Shown here: piece after piece, positions 13,246 through 23,742 of the stretch
How positions within the stretch are numbered: position 1 is the stretch's first letter
Layout: the number at the start of each line of letters is the position of its first letter
Source of the DNA: Felis catus
Lineage: Eukaryota
Direction of reading: 5' to 3'
Assembly (NCBI RefSeq): GCF_018350175.1
Contig: NC_058368.1
Coordinates: forward strand, 101,558,001 to 101,622,000
DNA length: 64,000 bases
Program-made: the position numbers and the translations under genes
The notes under the pieces: model-generated
What the model was told of the DNA's origin: nothing
Database searches by the model: none
The model's input: only the letters and a program-made list of their open reading frames with translations

Positions 13246-14029
13246 AATACAACCATTTTAATTATGTAATCTTGAAAAAACGTTAATGAGCTCCATGAAT
13301 CTTGAGGAAGAAGAGTATTTATTTTTTTATTTTTTGGTGGGGTGCTGGGGGAAAAGTAATTTTTAACTGTTTAGGAGGAAATATAAAGTGAAACTTTTAC
13401 TTGTTTCTTTTTTTTTACTTGCTTTAAAAAATGTGAACAGGGTGTATATAATAAGGGCCAAATTACCTTGGGAGTTTTTTTTTCCCCCCCATGAAACAGA
13501 ACTGTTGAAGTTCTGAAAAGGTATTCTTCAGTTACTATGTTTCCAAGATAAAGCCTTCCCTATGACTTATTACTCACCACTCACTATGTGGTGAAATTTA
13601 CTTCCTGACTAGTCAGTGGATGAAAGAACACAAGTAAAGAATTAGGAGGAGAAGGAACATTTCAGACTGAGTTTCAGTAGTGGTTAATTTTACTAGCTTG
13701 TTTTCATGGCTTGAGTTTTTAAATACTGTGTAGGTTTTGAGACTAATACTGTTCTTTGAGACAGTCATATAGGCAAGATCTAATCATCACGGCTTGTTGA
13801 CACCGGTAACTAAAACTTCCAACTTTGGATGGAATTTAGAGGGAAGTGCTTTTTATAGTGAGTTCTTCTCCTTAACAAAGAACACACTACTGTAGGGGTC
13901 AGTATTTATGTATCATTTGGTTTTTTAAACTGCATGCTATATAATATGCAGGTCTTGCCTATGGATTGATAAATTTTCCCCTACATGTTTCACATTTGTT
14001 GATGCTGCTGAAAAGGGTATTATTGCTTT

Positions 14030-15230
14030 CTAAATTTGTTTTCCAATTGCTCATTGCATGCATAGAAATACATTTGATTTTTATATATTGACCTTGTATC
14101 CTGTAACCTTGGTAGAACTCATGCACTAGTTCTAATAGAGTTTTTTAGAGGTAGATTATTTAGCATTTTCCACATATACAATTACATGGTCTGCAGAGAA
14201 AACTGGTTTTACTTCTTCATTTCCAAACTGATTTGAATCCAGATTCAATCCAATCTGAATAGCTTTTAATTTTTTTTCTAGCTTTTCTGTACCAACAAGA
14301 ACTTCCAGTACAACACCGAATAGATAATGTGAGAGTGAACATCCTTGTTTTGTTCCTAATTATAAGGTTGCCTTTCCCCATGTAAGAATTATGTTAGTTG
14401 TAGGTTTTTCATGGAAGTCCGTTGTCAGAATGACGTTTTTTTTTTTCTATTTCTTGTTTAACAAGTGTTATCATAAATGCATGTTGTGTTTTAATAAGTA
14501 GTTTTTCTCTATCTTTTGAGGTGATCTTATGATTTGTATCTTTTATTAATAAGGTGAATTATATCAGTTGGTTTTTGAATGTTAAACCAACCTTAACTTC
14601 ATAAGATGAACCCTACTTAGTCATGGTGTATCATCTTCTTAAGGATTTTGTGTCTGTGTTGAGGAACATTTCTTGTATTTTCCTTTGCTTGTATTACCTT
14701 TGAGTGGTAATATCATGAAGGAAATAAGAGTTTGTGTAGAGTTGGTATTATTCCTTAACTGCTTAATATAATTCACCAGTGATGCCATCTGGACCTTTGG
14801 TTATATTTTGGGAAGATTTGAAATTATAAATTAAATTTCTTTAATTGGCATAGAGCCGTTCACATCTTCTTTGTAACTTGTAGCTTTTACGATACTTGTT
14901 CATTTCTTCTAAGTTGTATGGAGCTGTTCACATCTTCTGTGTAACTTGTAGCTTTTAAGATACTTGTCCATTTCTTCTAAGTTGTTGAATTTACTGGCAT
15001 AATGTTAGCTCATAATATTCTTTCATCATTTGTTTAGTGTGGGTAGGGTCTGGCCTGATGACCCTTTGTTCCTCCTGATACTAGTAATTTGTATTTTCTT
15101 TTAGGTTAGTGATAGGATCAGTTTTATTGAACGTTTCAGATAATCAGCTTTTGATTTTGATGGTTTTCTCAATTGATGGTCTGTTTTGTCATCACTGGTT
15201 TCCTCATTTATCATTATTTTTTCCTTTTTT
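14030..15230 (-). mobile_element. Old L1 ORF2 fragment (antisense)
   Basis: Reverse strand reads a GYKVNI.KS-like RT segment near 14050-14105; other degenerate L1 phrases. Confidence 0.65.
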
Positions 15231-15249
15231 TTTTTTTTTTTTTGGTGTT

Positions 15250-16577
15250 ATTGGCCCAGACATAGGTAAGTGAGTCAGAATACAGAGTCCTGAAATGGAC
15301 CCCTACATAGAGGTCAATTGATATTTGAGAAGGTGCAAAAGTAATTCAAGGGGAAAGGATAGTATTGTAAAGAAATTGTATGATAATAACTAGATATCAG
15401 TATTGACAAAAAAAAATGAATTTAACCCCTTTTACCCCACAGTGAACAAAAAGAAGAAAAATGACTTCAAATGAATCACAGATTTAGATCCAAAAGTGTA
15501 AAATTTCTTTAAGAAAAAATAGGAGAAAGTCTTTGTGACCTTAGACTAGTCAGAGACTCTCTGATAGGATACAAAAAGCTCCAACAAGAGGCCACTGTTA
15601 AGCGGCCAACTTTGGCTCAGGTCATGATCTCACAGTTCATGAATTCAAGCCCCACTGTCTGTCTCTCTCAAAAATAAAGGAATATTTAAAAAAAATTTTT
15701 TAAAAGCATAAACAAACACAACAACAAAAGCCCTGATAAATTGGGCTTTGTCAAAGTGTGAACTTGAAAGCAAGCTATAATTTGGGAGAAAATGTTTGCA
15801 AAACTTGTTGTATGAGAACAACTTGTATCCAGAATACACAAACAACTCTTAACTTTCTGACAAGACAAACAGTACAATTAAAAAAAGTGAGTAAAATATT
15901 TAAATATTCACTTCACAGAAAAAGATGTATGAATAAGCAGTAACACATGAAACAGTGTTCAAAAACATTAGTCACCAGTGAAATTCAAATTAAATCACAG
16001 AGCGCTAACCCCTCACAGCCACTAGCATGGCTAAAATATAAAAGAGTGGCCATGCTAAGTGTGGGATGGGCACTTACACGACTGGAATTCTCTTAGGTTG
16101 TTGGTGGAAACAGAAAATGGCACAACCCCTTTGGAAACAGTATATTCGTGTCTCATAACGTGAAAATTACACTTTTCCATATGAAGCAATAATCCTCCTC
16201 CTAAAAATTTACACAAGGGAAGTGGAAACAAGAATGTTCATAAAAGCTTTATTCACAAAACCCCCACCTGGAAGTTATTCATGGTCCATCGGTAGGTGAC
16301 TATATACATATATTGTGATATATTACTCCGCAGTAAAAAGTAATGAACCACCAGTGCGTGCAAAACATAAAAACATGATGTTGAGTGAAAGAATTCGGGC
16401 CCAAGGGTCCATACTATATGATGCTGTTCATATGAAGTTCTATAAAGAAATCACATTTAGTGTAGGCCCCCAGAAGCAGGTTAGTGGTGGTTTGGAGACA
16501 GGGGAAGGGGAGAGTAACAGGCAAGGGGGCATAAGGGAACTTCTTAGAGTGCTGGAAATACTTCTTGATTGTGGTAG

Positions 16578-16620
<43 letters not shown>

Positions 16621-16690
16621 TTAACATTTTTTAAATGGATCCTTATAATGGGTGCATTTTATTATATGGAGATTATGCTTCAATCAAAGA
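15250..16690 (+). mobile_element. Old L1 ORF2 C-terminus and 3'UTR (sense), with an internally deleted SINE at ~15590-15700 and (TG)n at 16581-16619
   Basis: 'gggagaaaatgtttgcaaa', 'acttgtatccagaata', 'atgttgagtgaaagaa'. Confidence 0.7.
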
Positions 16691-16704
16691 AGTTTCATTT
16701 TTAG

Positions 16705-16875
16705 TGCTTATCAAATCTGGCTGTATTTCAGAATCACCTGCTAAGTCCTTTCAAAATGCACATATTCTTCTAGCTCCTGTCTTAGCCCAGGAATCAGACT
16801 CCATCGAGAGGCCTTGCTCACTTGAGGTTTTTAAAAGTTTCAGAGGTGATTCTGATTCTCATTTGGACTTTAGAA
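16705..16875. mobile_element. MER5-like hAT MITE
   Basis: Internal inverted motif cagaatcacct ... aggtgattctg. Confidence 0.5.
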
Positions 16876-17287
16876 GTAAACTGTTTCCTTTGCATGACTC
16901 TTTATTCTTAAGGTTCCCAGGATCTAATAAGGTGAAATTGTATATAAAAAATATATTTCTGGTTTTTTTTCCATGTTATTCACATCCCCACTTTTATTAA
17001 AGGCTACAAAGAGACCTTAAGTCTCTTTTACTTATTTTGAAAGTTTTCTATTTTTAATAGCTTATGCTTACATTGTTACAATAGAAAGTACCAGCAAAAA
17101 AGAAAAACTAGCCATTATACCAAAATTTGAGTATATAAAATGGAAGGTGAAATGTCCTGTGTCATCCTCCAATCTTATAACCCTGATTACTAACGATTTG
17201 ATGCATATTCTTCTAGATATCTTCCTTTACTTCTAGGAGAGGGACACATAACTAGTATTATGTCTTTTCAAATGTTCATTTTTATAT

Positions 17288-17493
17288 TTAAAATTTTTTA
17301 AGGTTTATTTTTGAGAGAGAGAGGTGGCGCAGGGGGAGGGGTAGAGAGAGAGAGGGAGACACAGAATCCGAAGCAGGCTCCAGGCTTTGAGCTGTCAGCA
17401 CAGAGCCCCACGCGGGGCTCAAATCCACGAACCGCGAGATCATGACCTGAGCTGAAGTCATATGCTTAACCGACTGAGCCATCCAGGCGCCCC
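17288..17493 (-). mobile_element. CanSINE
   Basis: Consensus sequence. Confidence 0.9.
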
Positions 17494-17857
17494 TTTTCAT
17501 TTGTTTATATTTAAATAGTATGCTCTGTGGCAGCCATTATACAGAGTCCTGAGGACAGTGAGCCAAAAGACATCTGCCATCCTACAACCTCCTGTTTGGT
17601 GGGAGGATAGATATTGACTAAAAAATGACACAACATATATACGCAAACTGTAGGAAGTGTTACAGAAGACAGTTATAGAATGGGATTGCATAGTAGAAAT
17701 GATAACCTGTTCAGAGTCATGCTTTGAAAAGTTTTGTTTTTCAAAATCACTGCTTAGATAGTATGATGATTACTCATTTGGATAAAACATCTTACCCATG
17801 AACATCCTTTTAGAATTAAACTACTGTTTTTGCCTCTTACTGTTAGAGTTTTTATAT

Positions 17858-18076
17858 TATTTTTTTAAAGCTTATTTATTTTGAAGAAGAGAGAGAGAGC
17901 AACCATGAGCAGGGCAGGGCAGGGGCAGAGAGAGGGGGAGAGATGATCTCAAGCAGGCACCGAACTTTGAGCACAGAGCTAGACTCAGGGCTCAAACTCA
18001 TAAACGGAGATCATCCGTGACCTGAGCCCAAATCCACAGTCGGATGCTTAACCGACTGAGCCACCCAGGCACTCCT
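17858..18076 (-). mobile_element. CanSINE
   Basis: Consensus sequence. Confidence 0.85.
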
Positions 18077-18817
18077 GTGTTTTTTTAAAATAGCAAGAAA
18101 TCTTCATAATGTAACTTCAGTGACAAAAAATTTCACTCAGCAAATATTCCTAAGTACCGTTCTGAATCTTCATCTGTAATTGTCACTCAGTTATGTGCTG
18201 TACAACATTTTGTTGCTAAAACAACAGTAGCAATTTGAAAATGGCAGTTTGTTCAAAGCAGCACATTTTTGGTGGTGGCAGAGGGGTTATTAATGTTGAT
18301 ATGTGTCAAACATGGGTGCTTTAAAAAGTATATTACGCAAAATCCTAATTGCACTTAATATTAATGGGAGAGTGTATAGGATGGGTGTTTTATGCTCCTG
18401 CAAGTTCAGGAAGTGCAGGGCTACATTTTATCTTTAGGTTTTTCCAGACCTTTTAATATGTTACATCCTGGGTCTTTAGGATAGAGCTACAATACACAGT
18501 GACCCTGTATTTGACCATGGAACCCTTTCTGCCTTGCTATATACTTCTTGGGATAGATATCTAAGGAGAGAAATGAATGCCCAGTAGAGTCTTTAGAAAA
18601 AAAGAATTGTAGGGCCATGTTTTAAAGATGCACAGGAATTGTAATGTTAAAAACATTGTTTAACCGGACGTGATTTGTTGCTTAAAAGCACTAGATATCT
18701 TATATTTATATACTGAACTCTGGGAATTAATTTGTATGTAACAAAAGAATCAGTTCTCCATTCTTGCATCCTTAACTGGGAATAGAAAGTGAAATTGATG
18801 TTTCTCTTACATTTCAG

Positions 18818-18903
18818 AACAAAGTAGAAGAGATGACTTAGAAGCTTTAGGTCATATGTTCATGTATTTTCTGAGGGGCAGTCTTCCTTGGCAAGGTTTA
18901 AAG
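18818..18903 (+). CDS. CSNK1G3: CSNK1G3 coding exon (86 nt): [29 protein letters not shown]
   Basis: Acceptor atttcag|AA, donor AAG|gtaatt; CK1 motifs SRRDD and LPWQG; absent from the ORF track. Confidence 0.96.
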
Positions 18904-19025
18904 GTAATTGTTTTTGTGTTTCCTTTTGAATTTAATAAATTGGTGCCATGTTAAGCTTCTGTCCTGCAAGTGGTTAATTTTAAAATTACCACCTTGCCAA
19001 GATTTTTTTTTTCTCTGTGTTTTAG

Positions 19026-19110
19026 GCTGACACATTAAAAGAGAGGTATCAGAAAATTGGAGATACAAAACGAGCCACACCAATAGAAGTGCTGTGTGAA
19101 AATTTTCCAG
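19026..19110 (+). CDS. CSNK1G3: CSNK1G3 coding exon (85 nt): [28 protein letters not shown]
   Basis: Acceptor ttttag|GCT, donor CCAG|gtaatg; follows a 122-nt intron. Confidence 0.96.
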
Positions 19111-20559
19111 GTAATGAATGACGCCACACTGATACATGTGCTTCTATGCAGAAAACCAGAGCGGTTAATTTTATTGCTCAAGTTTATAAATACTTTTTCT
19201 TCATACTTAGATGAGTTCACAGTAGGACTTAAAAGATGTCACCATTTGATGCATAGACCACAGGGTCAATTTTTAAATTGCTTTATTAAGATGGTATTAA
19301 TAATAGAAGAAAGTCCCAACTTTTAATAGTGTTGACCGGTATCAGCCAAAATATCACTGACATACTTTTAGTAAATTAAAATATTTGCTGAGAAATGCCA
19401 ACTGTAAAGTTTTGGCGTACTTTGCTAGTCACTTGAGTCTCCGTGCCATGCTCAAAGGGGGGGTGTGATTTAGTTTTTGAAGTACATTAAAATCTTACCA
19501 ACCTTTGTACTCTTAGGCTAATGTTACCTGGGGGGGATGGGGTTATGAAAATAGTTTTATTTTCATGTAGATTCTTGACACTTCCGATTAAGCCAACCGA
19601 AATTCACTTGAGATTCCTAAATCAATTAAGGAATAAGAATAATGTGTTACTAATGAATTAAGCAAAATGTGACCCAAACGTGAAGATAAAAGACTGAGTT
19701 CACAGCTTGCTTCCATATTCACAGGCTCTCCTGCACAGGGCTGGCCTTCTGGTGGTAGTCGTAGCAGCCACGTAATCTCAGGTAGCCCTTCCTCAAGCTT
19801 GCTTATATCGTTCTCAGACAGCAAACTTTAATTTCGTGTTTTTCTCCTTTGCTGTAACATCTAGAACTAGTAGGTTAAAAACAAAATATGGGTTGACCCT
19901 AGCAGTATAGGTGTAAGCAGATTGGCCGTGTGTTATTGGGAATTTCTGTACAGGCTTCCGCAGGAAAAAATGGGGTGTCAAAGTAAGTTAACCTGGTGTA
20001 ATTAGCTGGAAGGTGGAATGGTGAGAGTCACCCTGTGAGGACGGTCCTTGCTGGGTTCCGCTCTCACCACCCATTGGGCTGGGCGTCATCCTGTTCTTAC
20101 TGGATCTGCACTGGATCAGAAAAGCACCCAGGAGTAACTTTCCATCTGTTACTACAGTGAATTTCTGTATCCTGATGGTGAAACCCTGTTTTACTAATTG
20201 CTCACCATTTTACCTCTTCACTTTCATGGCTTAAAAATACATGTCTCTAAAACATTTGGGAATTACAACGGCATGGAGAGATTTATGTATTACCAAAATA
20301 ATTGTTAGATGACCAGAAATCCAAAGAAGAATTAAACTGTGTTTCTGTGTTCTGAGATCTCTTAGCTTTATTTTGCTAGGTCAGTTGGTTAGAATTCTGT
20401 ACATAGCCCAAGTTCAGAATTTGAATCCTCTCTGGGTCGTTTAGTGTATGTGACTAAAAGAAATCCAGCAAGGTAGTGCAGATACTTTTATATATAAACC
20501 AATTCCTACCACTATTTTCTTTTTTCTTTTCATTTTGTTTTGTTTCTTTTCTTTTGCTT

Positions 20560-21000
20560 TCTTTCCCTTTCCTTTCCTTTCCCTTTCCTTTCCCTTTCCT
20601 TTCCTTTCCTTTCCTTTCCTTTCCTTTCCTTTCCTTTCCTTTCCTTTCCTGTCTTTTCCTTTCCTGTCTTTTCCTTTCCTGTCTTTTCCTTTCCTGTCTT
20701 TTCCTTTCCTTTCCTTTCCTTTCCTTTCCTTTCCTTTCCTTTCCTTTCCTTTCCTTTCCTTTCCTTTCCTTTCCTTTCCTTTCCTTTCCTTTCCTTTCCC
20801 TTTCTTTCCCTTTCCCTTTCCCTTTCCCTTTTCCTTTCCTTTCCTTTCCTTTCCTTTCCTTTCCTTTCCTTTCCTTTCCTTCCCTTTTCCCTTTTCCCTT
20901 TTCCCTTTTCCCTTTTCCCTTTTCCCTTTTCCCTTTTCCCTTTTCCCTCTTCTCTTCTCTTCTCTTCTCTTCTCTTCTCTTCTCTTCTCTTCTCTCTCTT
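20560..21000. repeat. Compound polypyrimidine microsatellite: (TTTCC)n, a variant unit containing TGTC, (TTTTCCC)n, (TCTTC)n
   Basis: Direct reading, ~440 bp. Confidence 0.97.
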
Positions 21001-21506
21001 CAGCTTACTTAATATAATTGTTTGAACTGAATGACTGAAATGCCCAAGGCTTTCTTTGCTTTGAATCCCTTCATCCAGTTGACAAGTTAAATGTTCAGTT
21101 TCTCAGAACTTACATTTTTCCATAATATTTTGTTCCTACCAGTATTTTAAATAAATTAGCTGAGTAATGTGCTTGTGTTTAAATAATGATACGTTATTTT
21201 TAATTCAACCTTTAGTACAAGGTTTCTCTTCAAACTAACAATGTAAAATAAAAGTTTTAGCCCTTCCTAATGAAATGAAGCAAATGTATTTGTTAAATGA
21301 AACCTCTCATTTTTCTTTTGACCATATGTTTTTCTTGCCTTCTCTTCTCCTTTTTAACTTCATTTTGATTAAATGCCTAAAATTTGAAATTGCGTTAGAA
21401 TGTTACTGTTTTCGTGTTTTTATAACACTGTGCTTTTAGATATGATATTTGATTATCAATAAGTACATAGACAGGTGTGATCAGAATAATTTTTATTCCT
21501 TTCCAG

Positions 21507-21655
21507 AAGAAATGGCAACGTATCTTCGTTATGTAAGAAGGCTAGATTTTTTTGAAAAACCAGATTATGACTACCTAAGAAAACTTTTTACTGACTTATT
21601 TGATCGAAAAGGATATATGTTTGATTATGAATATGACTGGATTGGTAAACAGTTG
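21507..21655 (+). CDS. CSNK1G3: CSNK1G3 coding exon (149 nt, or 146 nt from 21510): E(E)[48 protein letters not shown]
   Basis: Tandem acceptor ttcCAG|AAG|, donor TTG|gtgagt; end of kinase domain (PDYDYLR, YDW). Confidence 0.96.
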
Positions 21656-21852
21656 GTGAGTACTTTATTCCTGTATAGTGAAAGATTATTTGTAGTACTT
21701 CATTTTCCACAGTACAGCTTCTTCAGTGAAAAGAGTTGAGACAAATACCTTTTTTTTAAAAGATTCATTTTAATGGACATTTTAAGTAGCCCCATACTAA
21801 AATTATTCCTTGAATTTTACAAAAATCCCCCATTAGGACTCCTTACTTTTTA

Positions 21853-22083
21853 TTTTTATTTACTTATTTTTTCAAAGTTTATGTATTTATTTTCTGAGAG
21901 AGAGAGAGAGAGAGAGAGCACAAGCCGGGGAGGGGCAGAGAGAGGAGAGAGAGAGAATCCCAAGCAGCATCTGGCTGTCAGTGCAGAGCCCAGTGAGGGG
22001 CTTGAACCCACAAAGTGTAGAATGGCCATTTGAGGCCAAACCGAGAGCTGTGCGCGTAACCGACTGAGCCACCCATGAGCCCC
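21853..22083 (-). mobile_element. CanSINE with TSD
   Basis: TSD ggactcctt(a/g)cttttt. Confidence 0.88.
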
Positions 22084-22146
22084 TGGACTCCTTGCTTTTT
22101 AAAGTAATGAGTTACTTTGCACTTTTCATTCCTGATTTAGTTCTTT

Positions 22147-22359
22147 AAATTTTTTTTTAATGTTTGTTTATTTTTGAGAGACAGAGCATGAGTGGGGGAG
22201 GGCAGAGAGAGAGAGAGGGAGGGGGAGACACAGAATCTGAAACAGTCTCCAGGCTCCAAGCTGTCCGTACAGAGCCTGACGCGGGGCTTGAACTCACAAA
22301 CTGCGAGTTCATGACCTGAAGAGAAGTCGGACGCTTAACCCTGGGCCACCCAGGCACCC
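22147..22359 (-). mobile_element. CanSINE with 20-bp TSD
   Basis: TSD tcattcctgatttagttctt at 22126 and 22362. Confidence 0.9.
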
Positions 22360-22669
22360 TGTCATTCCTGATTTAGTTCTTAATATGAAATATATATATA
22401 TTTTTGCATAATGTCCCATTATTTTAAAAGATCTGTTATACATTTTGCTTATTGCAGCCATTTCTCAAAACATTTGTAATTTAAATTTGTAAGTTCTAGC
22501 TATACTAGCAGTTTTAGGCTATGTCTTGAAATAGATACTTAAAAATTGGAGTGTGTTTTGTGTTTTTAAGACTGTTCTAAGTTTTTATAACTTAAGAAAA
22601 TTTATCTTGGTTATAACTAGGATTGGTGATCACTTATAAAGGGACTTGTCATTAAATTCTTTATTTTAC

Positions 22670-22888
22670 TTATTTGTCTTTATTTTATTATTATTATTTT
22701 TTATTTTGAAGAGAGAGTGCACGAATGGGGAGAGGGGCAGATGGAGGGGGAGAGAGAGAGCAGGTCTCAAGCAGGCTCCATGCTCCGTGTGGAGCCTGAG
22801 GCAGGGCTCGATCCTACAACCCTGGGATCATGACCTGGGCCCAAATCCAGAATTGGCCTCTCAACCCAATGAGGCACCCAGGTGCCCC
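22670..22888 (-). mobile_element. Older CanSINE
   Basis: Diverged consensus sequence. Confidence 0.8.
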
Positions 22889-23646
22889 TAAATGTTTTCT
22901 TTGAAGAGGCATCTTTTAAAATACTTATTCTCACCAGTTTTTTTTTTTTTAATAAGTATGAGTGTCGTACAAGATTTTCTTTACTTGTGGCTCACTGTTA
23001 GTGAATTTTTATCCGTATTTGGAACTACCAAACTCTCAGATTCACATGTTTTTGAACAATGGCTTATTTAAGTGTTTAATCTGTATTTTTCTTTAATCCA
23101 AAGTGATTTGATTGTATGTGGTCTCTATGATGTCAGCCTGAATAAACTGTGCTTAAAGTATTTATGTTAAGTTTTGAAATATATTTGAAAAATAAAAATT
23201 TTTATAAGTCTCTCCTGTGCCAGAATATTGACAGTAAGCCAGTTCATGACCTTATTTAAAAAAATCTTTTCCTCAATTTTCTTAAAATAATTTATTGTGT
23301 TTATACATTAGCTTTGAAATTGAGAGACATGCACACATACACTTTCATTTTTTTTTTTTTTTTGATACGATAAAGTAACCTAAAAGTAAAGACAGCATTA
23401 GAAAGTCTGGTATTGATGTAAAAAAGTGAATACTTGATAAAATATCTAAATATTTTGAAAACCCTCTGAAGAGTAGCTGTGTTGCCCTTGTGTTAGCTTG
23501 TTATTTTTAATGACACAGTTCAAGGATGGTATCTTTTCTTCAGGCTTTGAGTGTCTTTAGTTTTTCCTTGATTCCCTTAAGCAGCTAAACGATTTTAAGT
23601 GAGACTTCTGAAATAGAGGGTATTGATGTTAACTATTGTGTTGTAG

Positions 23647-23742
23647 CCTACTCCAGTGGGCGCCGTTCAGCAGGATCCTGCTCTGTCCTCAAACAGAGAA
23701 GCACATCAACACAGAGACAAGATGCAACAATCCAAAAATCAG
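23647..23742 (+). CDS. CSNK1G3: CSNK1G3 coding exon (96 nt): PTPVGAVQQDPALSSNREAHQHRDKMQQSKNQ
   Basis: Acceptor ttgtag|CCT, donor CAG|gtttgc; phase 0 to 0; matches the recalled CK1g3 tail. Confidence 0.93.

Noticed and set aside
19741..19758. Second CTCF-like motif
   Set aside because: Mismatches in the core (CCACCAGAAGGCC); weak on its own.
20476..21025. Three long F/P/L/S-rich ORFs (160-178 aa)
   Set aside because: Pyrimidine microsatellite that cannot contain stop codons; not coding.
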